A stretch of 63,534 nucleotides of DNA, filler included, from Planctomycetota bacterium (GCA_026991575.1; 6 parts of 6 records of this genome joined end to end with filler, not necessarily neighbours in it), one strand, 5' to 3'. Shown: positions 30,276-40,168, counted from the first letter of the whole stretch. Translations and numbers: made by a program. Notes: generated by a model from the letters alone, not told the origin.

Positions 30276-31925
30276 ATGAAATGGGTAGTTCTCTTCGATG
30301 TGCCGTCGATAAAGCAGTACGTGTTTGGGTCGGATGCGTTGGCCGAGATCAGGGGGGCGAGCGCGCTGTTGGACTGGTTGAACCGCGAACAGATGCATAG
30401 CCAGCTGCGCGACGCGCTGCCAGCCGGTGCCAAGGTAGAGGTGGTGTACGCTGCGGGTGGCTTCGCCCAGTTCGTTATCACCGCCGACCATACTGCCGAC
30501 ATCGAAGCCGCTTGCCAGGCGGTGGAGCGACACGTCGCGGAACAAACCGGTGGCGCCGTCCAACCGGTCTACGGGTTCGCTCCGCTGGCGCCGAACGACT
30601 ACGCCGAGACGCTCAGTCAGGCATTCTTCCAGCTGCGCATGCAGCGGGAGATGGGTGGCACCCGCCCGACGGTTGCCCAGTTCCCATTGCTGGCGGAATG
30701 TCAGTCGCTGGCCCATCTGCCTGCCGAGGAGCTGGTCAGCTGGGGCGGTGAACAACTGGCCCTTTCGGAAGTCGCCGCACGAAAGCGACGGTTCAGCCGC
30801 CAGGCAACGCGCTACGGGGCGTGGGCCAAATGGATGAAACACCTGGCCAAGACCGGCCCGTGGCCCAAGGAGCCCGACCAGTGGCAACAGCTCCGTCCGG
30901 ACACATTCGAGGCCATCGGTAGCGCCGCCCGCGGTCGCAACTACCTGGGAATCGTCTACGCAGACGGTAACGCCATGGGCCGAATCGTGCGCGGACTCGA
31001 CAGCGAACAAGCCTGCCGTGCATTCAGCCGACTGGTCGACAATAGCGTCCACGACGCGTGCTTTGAAGCGCTCGATACCGTCTGCGCTCATGAAATCGCC
31101 GACATCCGCGAAGGCGGTCGCAACCAGGGCCTGCCGGTCGACATCCTCCTGCTCGGCGGCGACGACCTGCTGGTTGCCTTGCCGATCGACCGCGCACTGG
31201 ACTTTGCCCGGCACGCCACCAGGCGGTTCAGCGAGCTGACCGCCGAAGCAATCCAGCAGATACCGGACCAGGCCGTCCGCCACCGGCTACAAGAGCTTAC
31301 CGGAAACTGCGGCCTGTCGATCTCCTGCGGAGTGGCGTTCGCCCGCCCGCAGTACCCGTTCTACTTGCTCCTGGAGTTGAGCGAAGCGCTATTGCGCAGC
31401 GCCAAGCGAGCCGGCGACATCGCCGCCCGAGACGCGAACCGAACGGTGCCCGAACCCCACATCGACTTCCACCTCGTCACGGGCGGCCACTCTGTTGCGC
31501 TCGACGAACTACGACGCACCGACTATGGCGTCACCTTCCACGCACCCCCGACTGCCCAGTCCGCGAGCACAGCCCACGTCGCAGCACGCACGCTGAGACC
31601 CTATTCGCTCGGTCGGCTCGACCTCCTCCGGGATGCCGTTCTCAAGCTACGTGCCCAGCGCTTCCCGCGCTCCAAGATCCACGCTCTATACGACGCGGCC
31701 CTCGAACCCAACCCAGCCAGGGCCGAGCAAAGACTGCGGGAACTGTTTGCCCGCTGCCGTATCGGGAAACAAGGCGAAGGCGAACGCCGCGCGCTCTGGG
31801 AAGCAACCAGGATGCTCTGCCCGAACGGTTACACATACGACTATCCGTGGTTCAAGCAAGGAAACGTGCGCGTAACACCGATCGCCGACCTGGCGGAAGC
31901 ATACGACCTGTTCTGCGAGCCATGA
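30276..31925 (+). CDS. cas10: Type III CRISPR Cas10 lacking the HD domain
   Basis: DVPSIKQYVF...IRGASALL (Palm1), GIVYADGNAMG and LLLGGDDLL (Palm2), SCGVAF and LLRSAK. 549 aa, starting directly at Palm1. Confidence 0.93.
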   Translation: MKWVVLFDVPSIKQYVFGSDALAEIRGASALLDWLNREQMHSQLRDALPAGAKVEVVYAAGGFAQFVITADHTADIEAACQAVERHVAEQTGGAVQPVYGFAPLAPNDYAETLSQAFFQLRMQREMGGTRPTVAQFPLLAECQSLAHLPAEELVSWGGEQLALSEVAARKRRFSRQATRYGAWAKWMKHLAKTGPWPKEPDQWQQLRPDTFEAIGSAARGRNYLGIVYADGNAMGRIVRGLDSEQACRAFSRLVDNSVHDACFEALDTVCAHEIADIREGGRNQGLPVDILLLGGDDLLVALPIDRALDFARHATRRFSELTAEAIQQIPDQAVRHRLQELTGNCGLSISCGVAFARPQYPFYLLLELSEALLRSAKRAGDIAARDANRTVPEPHIDFHLVTGGHSVALDELRRTDYGVTFHAPPTAQSASTAHVAARTLRPYSLGRLDLLRDAVLKLRAQRFPRSKIHALYDAALEPNPARAEQRLRELFARCRIGKQGEGERRALWEATRMLCPNGYTYDYPWFKQGNVRVTPIADLAEAYDLFCEP

Positions 31926-31963
31926 ACACCCGTTGAAAAGGCCGGAGGCTCGGGGAAACACCA

Positions 31964-32710
31964 ATGAGCACGGGAGCAAACCGCCTGGACATCGATTTCA
32001 CCATCCACTGGCAGACAAGCTGGCACGTCGGCAGCGGTTTCGCTTCGGCCGGCGTCAACCGCTTGATCAAGCGATGGCCGGGTACGAGGCTGCCCTACGT
32101 GCCGGGTAGCCAGCTAAAGGGGGTCTTACGTGAAGCCTGCGAGCGGATCGCTTCTGCCTTCGGCTTGGCGGTCGTCAACCCGCACGCGGTCGACCGCGAC
32201 ACGCAGGAGGCCTTGGTCCGCTCGTTCGTGCCGTTGAAAGAAAGCGATCTGGTCATCGATCGCCTGTTTGGCTCCCGATACTGCGGCGACTGTTTGTTCG
32301 TCGACAATGCAGTCCCGGTCGATCCGCCGCTCCACTACACGATCCCTGCTACACGTACCCGGACCGCAGTGGATCGGGTCACTGGGACCGTGTTGGAGCG
32401 GAGGCTGTTCAGCTCAGAGCTGGCAGACCGTTTCCTTCAGCTCCGCAGTGCCATCCATTGCCGCCATCCTGCCGGTGTGCTCACTCAGCATGAGGGTGGC
32501 TTTCCTTACGAGTACATGCTGCTTGTTGGTGGCCTGCTGTCAATCGACGCTCTCGGTGGTGACAAGAGTGCAGGGCTGGGGCGCTGCCGGATCGTCATCG
32601 ACCAGGTACGGTGGCAGGGACGAGAAATATCGCTGGCGGAGTGCCTGTCCGGTTTAAAGGATGAGTGGGCAGAATGGCTGCAGTTGATCCGTCAGGAAAA
32701 CAAGGGGTAA
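31964..32710 (+). CDS. cas7: Cas7-group RAMP (Csm3-like)
   Basis: WHVGSG, PYVPGSQLKGVLR, RLFGS, RTAVDRVTG and G-rich loop LGGDKSAGLG. Confidence 0.88.
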   Translation: MSTGANRLDIDFTIHWQTSWHVGSGFASAGVNRLIKRWPGTRLPYVPGSQLKGVLREACERIASAFGLAVVNPHAVDRDTQEALVRSFVPLKESDLVIDRLFGSRYCGDCLFVDNAVPVDPPLHYTIPATRTRTAVDRVTGTVLERRLFSSELADRFLQLRSAIHCRHPAGVLTQHEGGFPYEYMLLVGGLLSIDALGGDKSAGLGRCRIVIDQVRWQGREISLAECLSGLKDEWAEWLQLIRQENKG

Positions 32711-32715
32711 CGGTT

Positions 32716-33957
32716 GTGGCGCTCAGATCCTATAAGTTGGTGGCCCGGCTGCTGGCACCAGTAGTGATCAAACGTAACCGTCAGTCGCAGCGTTCTGAGT
32801 CGCTTGGATCGGCCAGCGGCTCGGTCGTGCGCGGTGCGCTGGCAGCCGAGTACCTTCGCCAGCACGGCGAGCCCGATGAGATGTTCCGAATGCTCTTTCT
32901 TGACCCAAGTTGCTGCCGCTTCGGACCGCTCGATCCCGGCCCGATGGTCCTGCCTGCAACGGCGGCTGCCTGCAAACGGCACGGTGCTCGGCATGGGTTC
33001 GTAGACCTACTGTGGCTCCGGATGCTCCAACATCTTGTCGGTCCAGGTTACCGGCCGGAGGCAGTCGGCCGGTGGCAGAGCTGCCGGGCGGCGGACTGCG
33101 CGGCGGATCTCAAGCGATATGACGGGTTCGCGGTTACCAACGGCCGAGGACTTGAACCGGCCAATGCCAGCATGTTCGTGTCGATGCACGTTGGGATCGA
33201 CCGGCTGACCGGCACGGCCGCTCAGGGCGTGCTGTACACGCTGGAAGCGATCGCTCCAAACACGCCTCTGGTGGCGACGGTCCGTGCGACGGAGGAAGCG
33301 GCAAACGGTCTACGGACTCTGTTAACCGCTGCTGACGGGGTCATCTACCTGGGCCACCATCGCACGCGGGGCTATGGCCGCGTGCAGCTTACCCTCCAGG
33401 ACATGCCGCAACCGGACGAGGCGGCCGAACAGGAACGTTGGCTGACCTGGAGTGCGCGGTTCATTGAGTTCGCACGCGAGTGGGGCCCCAGGCTGACCGG
33501 CGGGCCTGCCCCGGAGCTGAGCGAAGAGCAGGACTTCTTCTTCGCACTGGGCTTTCCCAACGGTGCGATCCTCGTGGACGAGGTGCTCCGCTACACACTC
33601 GATCCGGGCTACGCGATCGATTGGCTGCCGCCCTTGCCTCGGCCACAGGAGCTCTTTCCCTTCGATCGCCGTCCGACCCGCGGCCTTGGTAATGGCGGGA
33701 CGCTGGTCTGTGTGGCCGCAGTCACCGAGCACGAACTGCTTCGGGGCTGGCACGCTGCTCAGGGCTTACCCAAACAGGACGAATCCATGGTCGCACGTGG
33801 CGCCGTCTATGCCTACCGGTACCGCGGCGACAGAGCGGGGCGCACCGAGCTGCTCCAACGCCTGGCCGCGCTCACAGCCTCGGCCGTCGGCCTGCGTCGC
33901 AGCGAAGGCTTTGGCGAGGTCAGTGTCAGTGACGAATTCCACCAGCGGTACGTATAG
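32716..33957 (+). CDS. csx10: Cas5-group RAMP (Csx10-like)
   Basis: GSVVRGALA, HVGIDRLTG and two G-rich loops (LGHHRTRGYG, VGLRRSEGFG). Position matches the III-D gene order. Confidence 0.8.
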   Translation: MALRSYKLVARLLAPVVIKRNRQSQRSESLGSASGSVVRGALAAEYLRQHGEPDEMFRMLFLDPSCCRFGPLDPGPMVLPATAAACKRHGARHGFVDLLWLRMLQHLVGPGYRPEAVGRWQSCRAADCAADLKRYDGFAVTNGRGLEPANASMFVSMHVGIDRLTGTAAQGVLYTLEAIAPNTPLVATVRATEEAANGLRTLLTAADGVIYLGHHRTRGYGRVQLTLQDMPQPDEAAEQERWLTWSARFIEFAREWGPRLTGGPAPELSEEQDFFFALGFPNGAILVDEVLRYTLDPGYAIDWLPPLPRPQELFPFDRRPTRGLGNGGTLVCVAAVTEHELLRGWHAAQGLPKQDESMVARGAVYAYRYRGDRAGRTELLQRLAALTASAVGLRRSEGFGEVSVSDEFHQRYV

Positions 33958-33971
33958 GAAAGGCCTGAGCT

Positions 33972-34394
33972 ATGATTGCGCTCACACCACAGGTGCTTGC
34001 CGAAATCGATAAGCGGCTCGAGTCCAGCCTCAATGCGTATCAGAAGGCCGGCGACCAACTGTTCGCCGTTTTTGAGCCGGACGAGGGACGCGTCAGCTCA
34101 CAGGTGCGCAATCTACAGCAGACAACCTGCGCAGCAGTGCGGCTGTCGCAGGTGGAAAACTTCATCAAAAACCAGATGGGCCGGTCTCGGGAAGTCGCTG
34201 AGAAATGGGTACGCGTCGGGCCGCTTCTGCTGGAGCAGGTCGACATGCTGCGGAAGCAGGCGGAAAACATAGCCAAGAAGTTTGGCCTCAGCGAGGACGA
34301 GGAACTCGAAGTCCGACTGCGGCTCGCCCGTGGCTGGGTCAGCACGCTTGTGTCGCAGTACATGTACCGCTTCGGATTGGCACGACTGAAATAG
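33972..34394 (+). CDS. Cas11/Csm2-like small subunit
   Basis: 140-aa all-helical protein with SSQVRNL...NFIKNQMGR at the Cas11 position of the operon. Confidence 0.65.
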   Translation: MIALTPQVLAEIDKRLESSLNAYQKAGDQLFAVFEPDEGRVSSQVRNLQQTTCAAVRLSQVENFIKNQMGRSREVAEKWVRVGPLLLEQVDMLRKQAENIAKKFGLSEDEELEVRLRLARGWVSTLVSQYMYRFGLARLK

Positions 34395-34404
34395 GGGAAG
34401 CACG

Positions 34405-34848
34405 ATGCCCACACTTGACGCCCTTGCGGACACGGAGTTGCACGAAAAAGCACAGGAATTTGCAGACCGTTTCTTCCAGGAATGGGGTGGGGGCGTATCC
34501 GATAGCCAGCTTAACGGACTGCGCCAGGTGGCCATGCAGGATCCCCTGAAGGTGGCCGAGCTGGCGAAGCGTCAGGCTGACCGATACGGCAAGCTCGGAG
34601 GCGATAAGCCAACGGCGCACTTCTGGCGCACGGTCCTACTCGCCCTGGGCGAGACCGGCAACGAACGGTGGAGCATCAAGAAGTTCGTGGAAAAACTGGC
34701 TAGTCAAGAGTTTGCACGAGCTGGCATCACCCCCAGCAAGAACCAGCTCCGCGCGGCAATGGACGAGTGGCGTCGTCGGGTGATTCCGCTCTTCATGGTC
34801 TCCTTCTGTGTGCACTACCAGTACCGGCGTAGCCTCCGACAGTCTTGA
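34405..34848 (+). CDS. Second Cas11/Csm2-like small subunit
   Basis: 147-aa helical protein; SQLNGL...AKRQADR...FW...HYQY parallels the preceding gene. Confidence 0.55.
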   Translation: MPTLDALADTELHEKAQEFADRFFQEWGGGVSDSQLNGLRQVAMQDPLKVAELAKRQADRYGKLGGDKPTAHFWRTVLLALGETGNERWSIKKFVEKLASQEFARAGITPSKNQLRAAMDEWRRRVIPLFMVSFCVHYQYRRSLRQS

Positions 34849-34857
34849 GGTGGTCTG

Positions 34858-35712
34858 ATGAGCACTGCAACGAGCGCTGTTGGCGTTTGGCAGCTTCGCA
34901 GCAAACTGCTGATTCAGGCAACCCTGGTCTTCGACACGGCATGGCGCATCGGGTCGGGACGCGAGGGGCAGACGCTGAGTGACCTCGGTGTTCTGCTTGA
35001 CCCAACCGGCCTGCCACTGTTGCCCGGGTCCAGTCTGAAGGGCCGCTTGCGCAGCACCTGCGAGCAGCTGGCCAGCATCCTGGGAATGACCGCATGCATG
35101 TTGGACTCCGATGCGACCGGCGTGGAGTGCGTCTCTGACGTGGACCAGTACAAGAGGCTCCGAGCCGAGTACGCCAAGACGCTCCCGGGCGGCGCCGCGT
35201 CGACCGGTACAGACCAACGGCTGACCTGGATCGACGAGCACACCTGCGACGTATGCAAGCTGTTCGGTTCACCAGTCCGCCGTGGGCGGCTGCGTGTTGC
35301 GGACGGGCAACTGCTTTCCTGGCCAGGCGTTATCGAAGTGCGTGACGGCGTGGTGGTCGACCGGGATAGCCGTACCGCGGTTGAGGGTCTGAAGTACGAC
35401 TACGAAACCGTGCCGGCGGGCACTCAGTTCCGCCTTTGGATCGAGCTGGAGAACGCCAGCGACCGTGAGCTTGCGCTGGTCGGTGCAGCGCTGTTTGAGT
35501 GGGCTGGCGGGTCAAGTCTAGGTGGTTTCACGAGCCGAGGCCTCGGACGCTTTCACCTGGAGAACATCACGATCTCAGGAGTGGATTTCTCCAACCCGCA
35601 GGAACGGATCAAGTACCTGACCACACCGGACCCTGAAAAGCGATTCAGCGACCGTGGCGATTGGCAGGAATTTTTCCAGAAGCGCATTGAGCAACAACTG
35701 GGCAGCTGTTGA
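34858..35712 (+). CDS. cas7: Cas7-group RAMP (Csx7/SSO1426-like)
   Basis: WRIGSG, PGSSLKGRLRS, CDVCKLFGS, RDGVVVDR and LGGFTSRGLG. Confidence 0.88.
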   Translation: MSTATSAVGVWQLRSKLLIQATLVFDTAWRIGSGREGQTLSDLGVLLDPTGLPLLPGSSLKGRLRSTCEQLASILGMTACMLDSDATGVECVSDVDQYKRLRAEYAKTLPGGAASTGTDQRLTWIDEHTCDVCKLFGSPVRRGRLRVADGQLLSWPGVIEVRDGVVVDRDSRTAVEGLKYDYETVPAGTQFRLWIELENASDRELALVGAALFEWAGGSSLGGFTSRGLGRFHLENITISGVDFSNPQERIKYLTTPDPEKRFSDRGDWQEFFQKRIEQQLGSC

Positions 35713-35727
35713 GCGAGGAACCCTACC

Positions 35728-36678
35728 ATGCTACGACGGTTCTTATGTCAGGTTGATATTGAACTCCACATCATTCCACGCGATCCGCTTCTGGTCAAAG
35801 CCGGCTACGCTACGCTGGATACGGCCGACATGGTACCCGTTTCCACGATGCGCAACGGAGAGCAGACCCATTACTTGCCGGGAACAAGCCTGAAGGGCGT
35901 GCTTCGTAGCCATTTTGAGCGGATCGCCCGCTCGCTGGCGCCCGGTAGCGTGTGCCTGCCGTACTACGACCCAAGGCGGACCAGCGAACGGAACATCCCG
36001 GTGGAATCTGAGCGGCGTTCGTACGGCTGCGGATTCCGTAACCGAGAGGCAGCATTGACGTCGGAGCGCTACCGCGAGTCGTGTGCCGCTTGTCGCCTGT
36101 TTGGTTCCTTGAAATACGGTGGCCGCTTTACCATTGGGGACGCGTATCCACTTCCGGGCCACAAACCCACCGTGGAGCACCGCCATGGCGTCGGCATCGA
36201 CCGTTTCACGGGTGGCACGGTGCAGGGAGTACTGTTCGACCAGTGCGTTCTGGTAGGGGGCCGGTACGGCACAAGCGTGCAGATTACGAACTTCGAGCAG
36301 TGGCAACTTGCCGCAGCGCTTGTGTTGGTGAATGACATGCGCGACGAGCTGATCCCGATAGGCTCTGGACGCAGCCGTGGGCTGGGCCGGGTCACGGCCG
36401 AGGTGACGAGCGTGCGAATCTCATACACACGCCCTGTCGATCGGCTGGTTGGGCTGGCCGAGTTGGTAGACGACGCCGAGCGGGCCGCGTACGGTCTGCA
36501 CGCCTGGCAACCATCCGAACCAATCCCGCTTCCCGAGCCGCAGCGCCGCGGCATCCGCTTAAGCTACGACCTGACCGAACAGTGGGAGCGGACCATGGCC
36601 GCGTTGCTGCCTGGACTGATCGAGTACCTAACCGAACACAGTCGTCCTGGGGAAAAGCCGCAGCCAACCCGTTCGTAA
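35728..36678 (+). CDS. cas7: Cas7-group RAMP
   Basis: LPGTSLKGVLRS, CAACRLFGS, RHGVGIDRFTGG and IGSGRSRGLG. Confidence 0.88.
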   Translation: MLRRFLCQVDIELHIIPRDPLLVKAGYATLDTADMVPVSTMRNGEQTHYLPGTSLKGVLRSHFERIARSLAPGSVCLPYYDPRRTSERNIPVESERRSYGCGFRNREAALTSERYRESCAACRLFGSLKYGGRFTIGDAYPLPGHKPTVEHRHGVGIDRFTGGTVQGVLFDQCVLVGGRYGTSVQITNFEQWQLAAALVLVNDMRDELIPIGSGRSRGLGRVTAEVTSVRISYTRPVDRLVGLAELVDDAERAAYGLHAWQPSEPIPLPEPQRRGIRLSYDLTEQWERTMAALLPGLIEYLTEHSRPGEKPQPTRS

Positions 36679-36719
36679 CCGTACCACACCGAACCGGGCT
36701 CTGACGAACCGAGGTTAAT

Positions 36720-37310
36720 ATGGGTGCCATCCTGAAAGCGGGAGACGTTGGCTTGGACGCACTCGAGCAGCTACTTGCCGCGGCAGCTAACGCGTGGACC
36801 AACTATCCCGTGCGCGTCTGGCTGGATGCCCCCGATGGCTGGGCGCTGGACTGGTGGCCCGGGGACCGCGGGCAGCTCCGCTGGTACGCCGCGGGCAGAT
36901 TGCCTTCTAGCCAACCATTTAACGAACTGCTAGCCCGCTCAGAGTGGGGGCGACTCTTCTGTCCCGCCGGCGAGCTGAAGTGGCGGTGTGTCGACAGCAG
37001 AATTCCACGCCGCTATCGCGCGGTCTATTTGGGCGACGAGGACGTTGTGGGGCCGGAGCTTGCAGATCGCACCGAGCTGCTTAAGGACCTTACCCGAACG
37101 GAGCACAGGGCTTTCCTTTGGGGACAGCGCACGCAGGTGAGTGAAGGGGATTGGATCGAGCTGCGCATTCCGCACCGACTGCAGTATCCCGTTGATAAGC
37201 CTGCCCAGCGCCTCTACTTGATTACCGAGTTATGGCTTGATGGAGCGGGGGTCGTCCAGTTCCGCCGTCTCTGTGATATCCAGCCCGAAGGGAGCAGCAG
37301 CCATGCCTGA
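36720..37310 (+). CDS. csx19: Csx19-like type III-D subunit
   Basis: GRLFCPAGELKW, FLWG, RIP..LQYP and C-terminal GVVQFRRL; sits before the last RAMP. Confidence 0.65.
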   Translation: MGAILKAGDVGLDALEQLLAAAANAWTNYPVRVWLDAPDGWALDWWPGDRGQLRWYAAGRLPSSQPFNELLARSEWGRLFCPAGELKWRCVDSRIPRRYRAVYLGDEDVVGPELADRTELLKDLTRTEHRAFLWGQRTQVSEGDWIELRIPHRLQYPVDKPAQRLYLITELWLDGAGVVQFRRLCDIQPEGSSSHA

Positions 37311-38457
37311 GCAGGAATCGTTCTGGAACCCGTACCGTTGGGTCACGTATGAGAAGTCCAGGCCGAGCTACCGGAGTCCGAACTACCAGCATGCCTTTGC
37401 CGGAGCGCGCGGCCTGTTGGACTGCGAGTTGGAGGTTCTAACGCCACTGGTAATCGGCAACGGCAAGCAGGGAGCACTGGAGAATTTCACGCGCCACGGC
37501 GTTGGCGGCGTGGGCAAACCGTTCATTCCCGCTACGTCCCTCAAGGGGGCGATACGATCCCTGGCGGAACTAATTGGCGACTCGGCTGTGCCCTTCAGCA
37601 GGAAGAGAAACGCGCCTATGCGGCTCGACCCGGGAAGGTCCGTCGAGAGCGGTGCCCGAGGCCGGCCGGGCACCAACTGGGAGCTGGACCCCGTTGCTCG
37701 CTCCTTTGGCTACCTTGATCACGATGGCAACGTGTTCGCCGGATTGATCCAGTTCAGTGACGCAGAACTTGTCGGCGAACCAAACACGCAGAAATGGCCC
37801 CGCTTCGAGGTGGACGTCGGGACGCCAAGACCAGAACGGCACGCGCCGTTCTACCCCGACAACAAACGCTGGAAGTTCTATCACCACCTGCCGGGCGCAA
37901 CAACGCTCAGACCGGCGATCACGGGGCAAACCAGGCGTCCGGTCGCGGCCCCGCCAGGAACGCGATTCCGGTTCACCGTTTCGTTCTGGAATTTAGACGA
38001 GGAAGCACTAAATCTTCTGGTTTATTGCCTGGCCCTGGAAGAAGACGTCACCGTTACGCTCAGTGCCGCTGCCCTGGGACGGCCGGGCAACTCCAACGAG
38101 AGCGTTCCACTCACCGGGCCACTGAGGCACAAGATCGGCGGGTGCAAGCCGGCATGGGGAGGCAGTGTCCACATTCGCATTGTGCGGGTCCGGATCGAGG
38201 AAGACCCCCTCAGCCGCTACCGCTCGGGCCAGCCACCCACCGTCCTGGAAGACGAAGCGGAAATCCGTGCTTGGATCGAGAAGCGCACCGCAAGCATCCG
38301 CCGGCGCAACGATCGCACCATGCGTGAACTACGCGCGATGCTGATCTACAGCCCCAACGATCCGCGCCGAGACATTCGCTACCCAGACAAGAGCTGGTTC
38401 GACAGGGACAAACAGCTTCCGCCAGACCAGAAGCGAAAGCTGAAACCGACGGTGTAG
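37303..38457 (+). CDS. cas7: Cas7-group RAMP with insertion (III-D terminal subunit)
   Basis: FWNPYRWV N-terminus, IPATSLKGAIRS, KFYHH, FWNL..EAL and KIGGCKPAWGG. ATG 37303 overlaps the csx19 end. Confidence 0.8.
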   Translation: MPEQESFWNPYRWVTYEKSRPSYRSPNYQHAFAGARGLLDCELEVLTPLVIGNGKQGALENFTRHGVGGVGKPFIPATSLKGAIRSLAELIGDSAVPFSRKRNAPMRLDPGRSVESGARGRPGTNWELDPVARSFGYLDHDGNVFAGLIQFSDAELVGEPNTQKWPRFEVDVGTPRPERHAPFYPDNKRWKFYHHLPGATTLRPAITGQTRRPVAAPPGTRFRFTVSFWNLDEEALNLLVYCLALEEDVTVTLSAAALGRPGNSNESVPLTGPLRHKIGGCKPAWGGSVHIRIVRVRIEEDPLSRYRSGQPPTVLEDEAEIRAWIEKRTASIRRRNDRTMRELRAMLIYSPNDPRRDIRYPDKSWFDRDKQLPPDQKRKLKPTV

Positions 38458-38938
38458 CAGCTGCATCCCGTGTACGGGGCTCGTGCAGTGATTTCGCACG
38501 TGTTGGGTTCATTGCTGCGGCTAGCCCGGCAGCCGCACTGACGGCCACCGCGGGCCGCATCACCCATGCAGCGGTCCCGGCTGGCAGGGCCACATGCCTG
38601 TTTGCTGCCACCGATGGGATGGCCGGTTTAGGGGCGGGCCGGTTGTCGTGGATACGTGCCTCAGCTCCTTTGCCGGCATCGTCGGCCGACAGGTTGCAGC
38701 TGCGATGGCCTGCCGGTGCCGCTGGAGGAAGCGGTCGACCGGCGCGCTTGTAGTCGACGTACCCGTTCGGGTTGCCGCTGCCATGCCCGGCGCAGGCGGT
38801 TCCTTCGACGGGAGAGGGCCGGGTTGGTTTCTGTGCAGCAGAGCGTGCAAGGGGTGCAGATACTCTGCCGTTTGTGGGGGATCGGCGGAGGCTGGCTCAG
38901 CTGTTTGTGGCTCATCGGCGAGCGTGGGGGTGGAAGCC

Positions 38939-40168
38939 ATGGGCGGCAACGGTTTGAGACAATCAGTTCCATGCGAATTGCCTGAAAACGAGTTTGGCTT
39001 GCCGGACCTGAGTCTTGTTCCTGACGAATTCGAGCTGGCTGACCGCTGGATCCAGGCGTACCTTGAGCAGCTCCACCTTGCCGGAACGCAACGGCCTGCT
39101 GAGGCAGCCGGGCTGGTTTCTGCCTGGTCTGCCCTGTGGCGGATCGACCCCGTGTTGATTCGTGCAGTGCGCGCGGTCAACGGACCATGGCAGCTCGTTC
39201 CTGAACGGGACCTGTGGTGCGAGATCCTCGGTATCAGCCGCTATCGCGCAGATGAGCGCCTGTTCCGCGAGCGACTGCCGGCGCTGGCCGAAGTGGCGTG
39301 TCATGCACTGCATCCGGAGCGGTGGGCGGAGGAGGTGGGCCGGTTGGCCGAGTGTGTCGGTGAGCACGAGGAGTCGCTGAGCCGTGAGGAGCAGATCGAG
39401 CTTCTGGTGAGGTTGGACACGATGGAGTTGATCGGCTGGGCCGCGGCGCGGTGGGCTTCGCCCGGCCGGCAGGTGGCGGACGTACTGCAGGCCCTGGAAC
39501 ACGCTCGTTTGCAGCTGGGCCGATGCGCATGGCTGTTCCGCGACGCTGAGCCGTGGCTTCGATCATTCGCTCGGGCGGTCCGTTACAAAGCGGTCGACGC
39601 GGGACTGCGCACGACGCTGGCCAAGCTCCACGTACTGCTGGACGCGGCCGCTCTGGCCCGCAGTGCGCACCAGGCTGAGGGTGAGCAGCAGCTGACGTGG
39701 TCGCCGGTGCCGCAGGTCGTTGCCAGAGCGGTCGACGTGCTGCTGTCGCTTGCCGAACAGATCGCGTGCTACCACTCTCCTCGTCGAGTTATCCTGCACG
39801 CGGCAACCGCCGCGTCTTGGACGCTCGCCACGGCCGACGTCCGCTGGATCAGCCCGGACGGTCGCTACGTTGCACTGCTTGAGCTGCCCCCCGATCTGCC
39901 GACTGATGCGCTGCCAGACCGCTTGCCAGTGCGTTTCCGTCGAACGGTACGGGGCATCAGCCGCCCCGTACCGGCAGAACCGGCGACGGAACTGGCGGGG
40001 GCTCATGTGAAGTTCCTCGCGGCAGAGCACACCGTTCGTCCCGATGCTCGCATAGCGCTTGAGCCGCAGCAGCTGCTCCGCTCGCTGCGGCCGGGCACAC
40101 CGTTGACCCTTGAGCTTGTTGGTCCAGGCTGGCGACAGCACTGGCGGCTGGCCGGCACCGCGTCGTAG
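38939..40168 (+). CDS. Hypothetical protein (about 409 aa)
   Basis: Protein-like composition from ATG 38939; the upstream Cys/Gly-rich extension from 38594 looks non-coding. No recognisable motif. Confidence 0.55.
   Translation: MGGNGLRQSVPCELPENEFGLPDLSLVPDEFELADRWIQAYLEQLHLAGTQRPAEAAGLVSAWSALWRIDPVLIRAVRAVNGPWQLVPERDLWCEILGISRYRADERLFRERLPALAEVACHALHPERWAEEVGRLAECVGEHEESLSREEQIELLVRLDTMELIGWAAARWASPGRQVADVLQALEHARLQLGRCAWLFRDAEPWLRSFARAVRYKAVDAGLRTTLAKLHVLLDAAALARSAHQAEGEQQLTWSPVPQVVARAVDVLLSLAEQIACYHSPRRVILHAATAASWTLATADVRWISPDGRYVALLELPPDLPTDALPDRLPVRFRRTVRGISRPVPAEPATELAGAHVKFLAAEHTVRPDARIALEPQQLLRSLRPGTPLTLELVGPGWRQHWRLAGTAS

Noticed and set aside
30105..31283. 392-aa minus-strand ORF
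   Set aside because: Antisense to cas10 with no independent coding signal.
38608..38620. CCACCGATGGGAT after the cas operon resembles part of the CRISPR repeat
   Set aside because: Only 9 contiguous identical bases and no ATTGAAAC end; compatible with chance.
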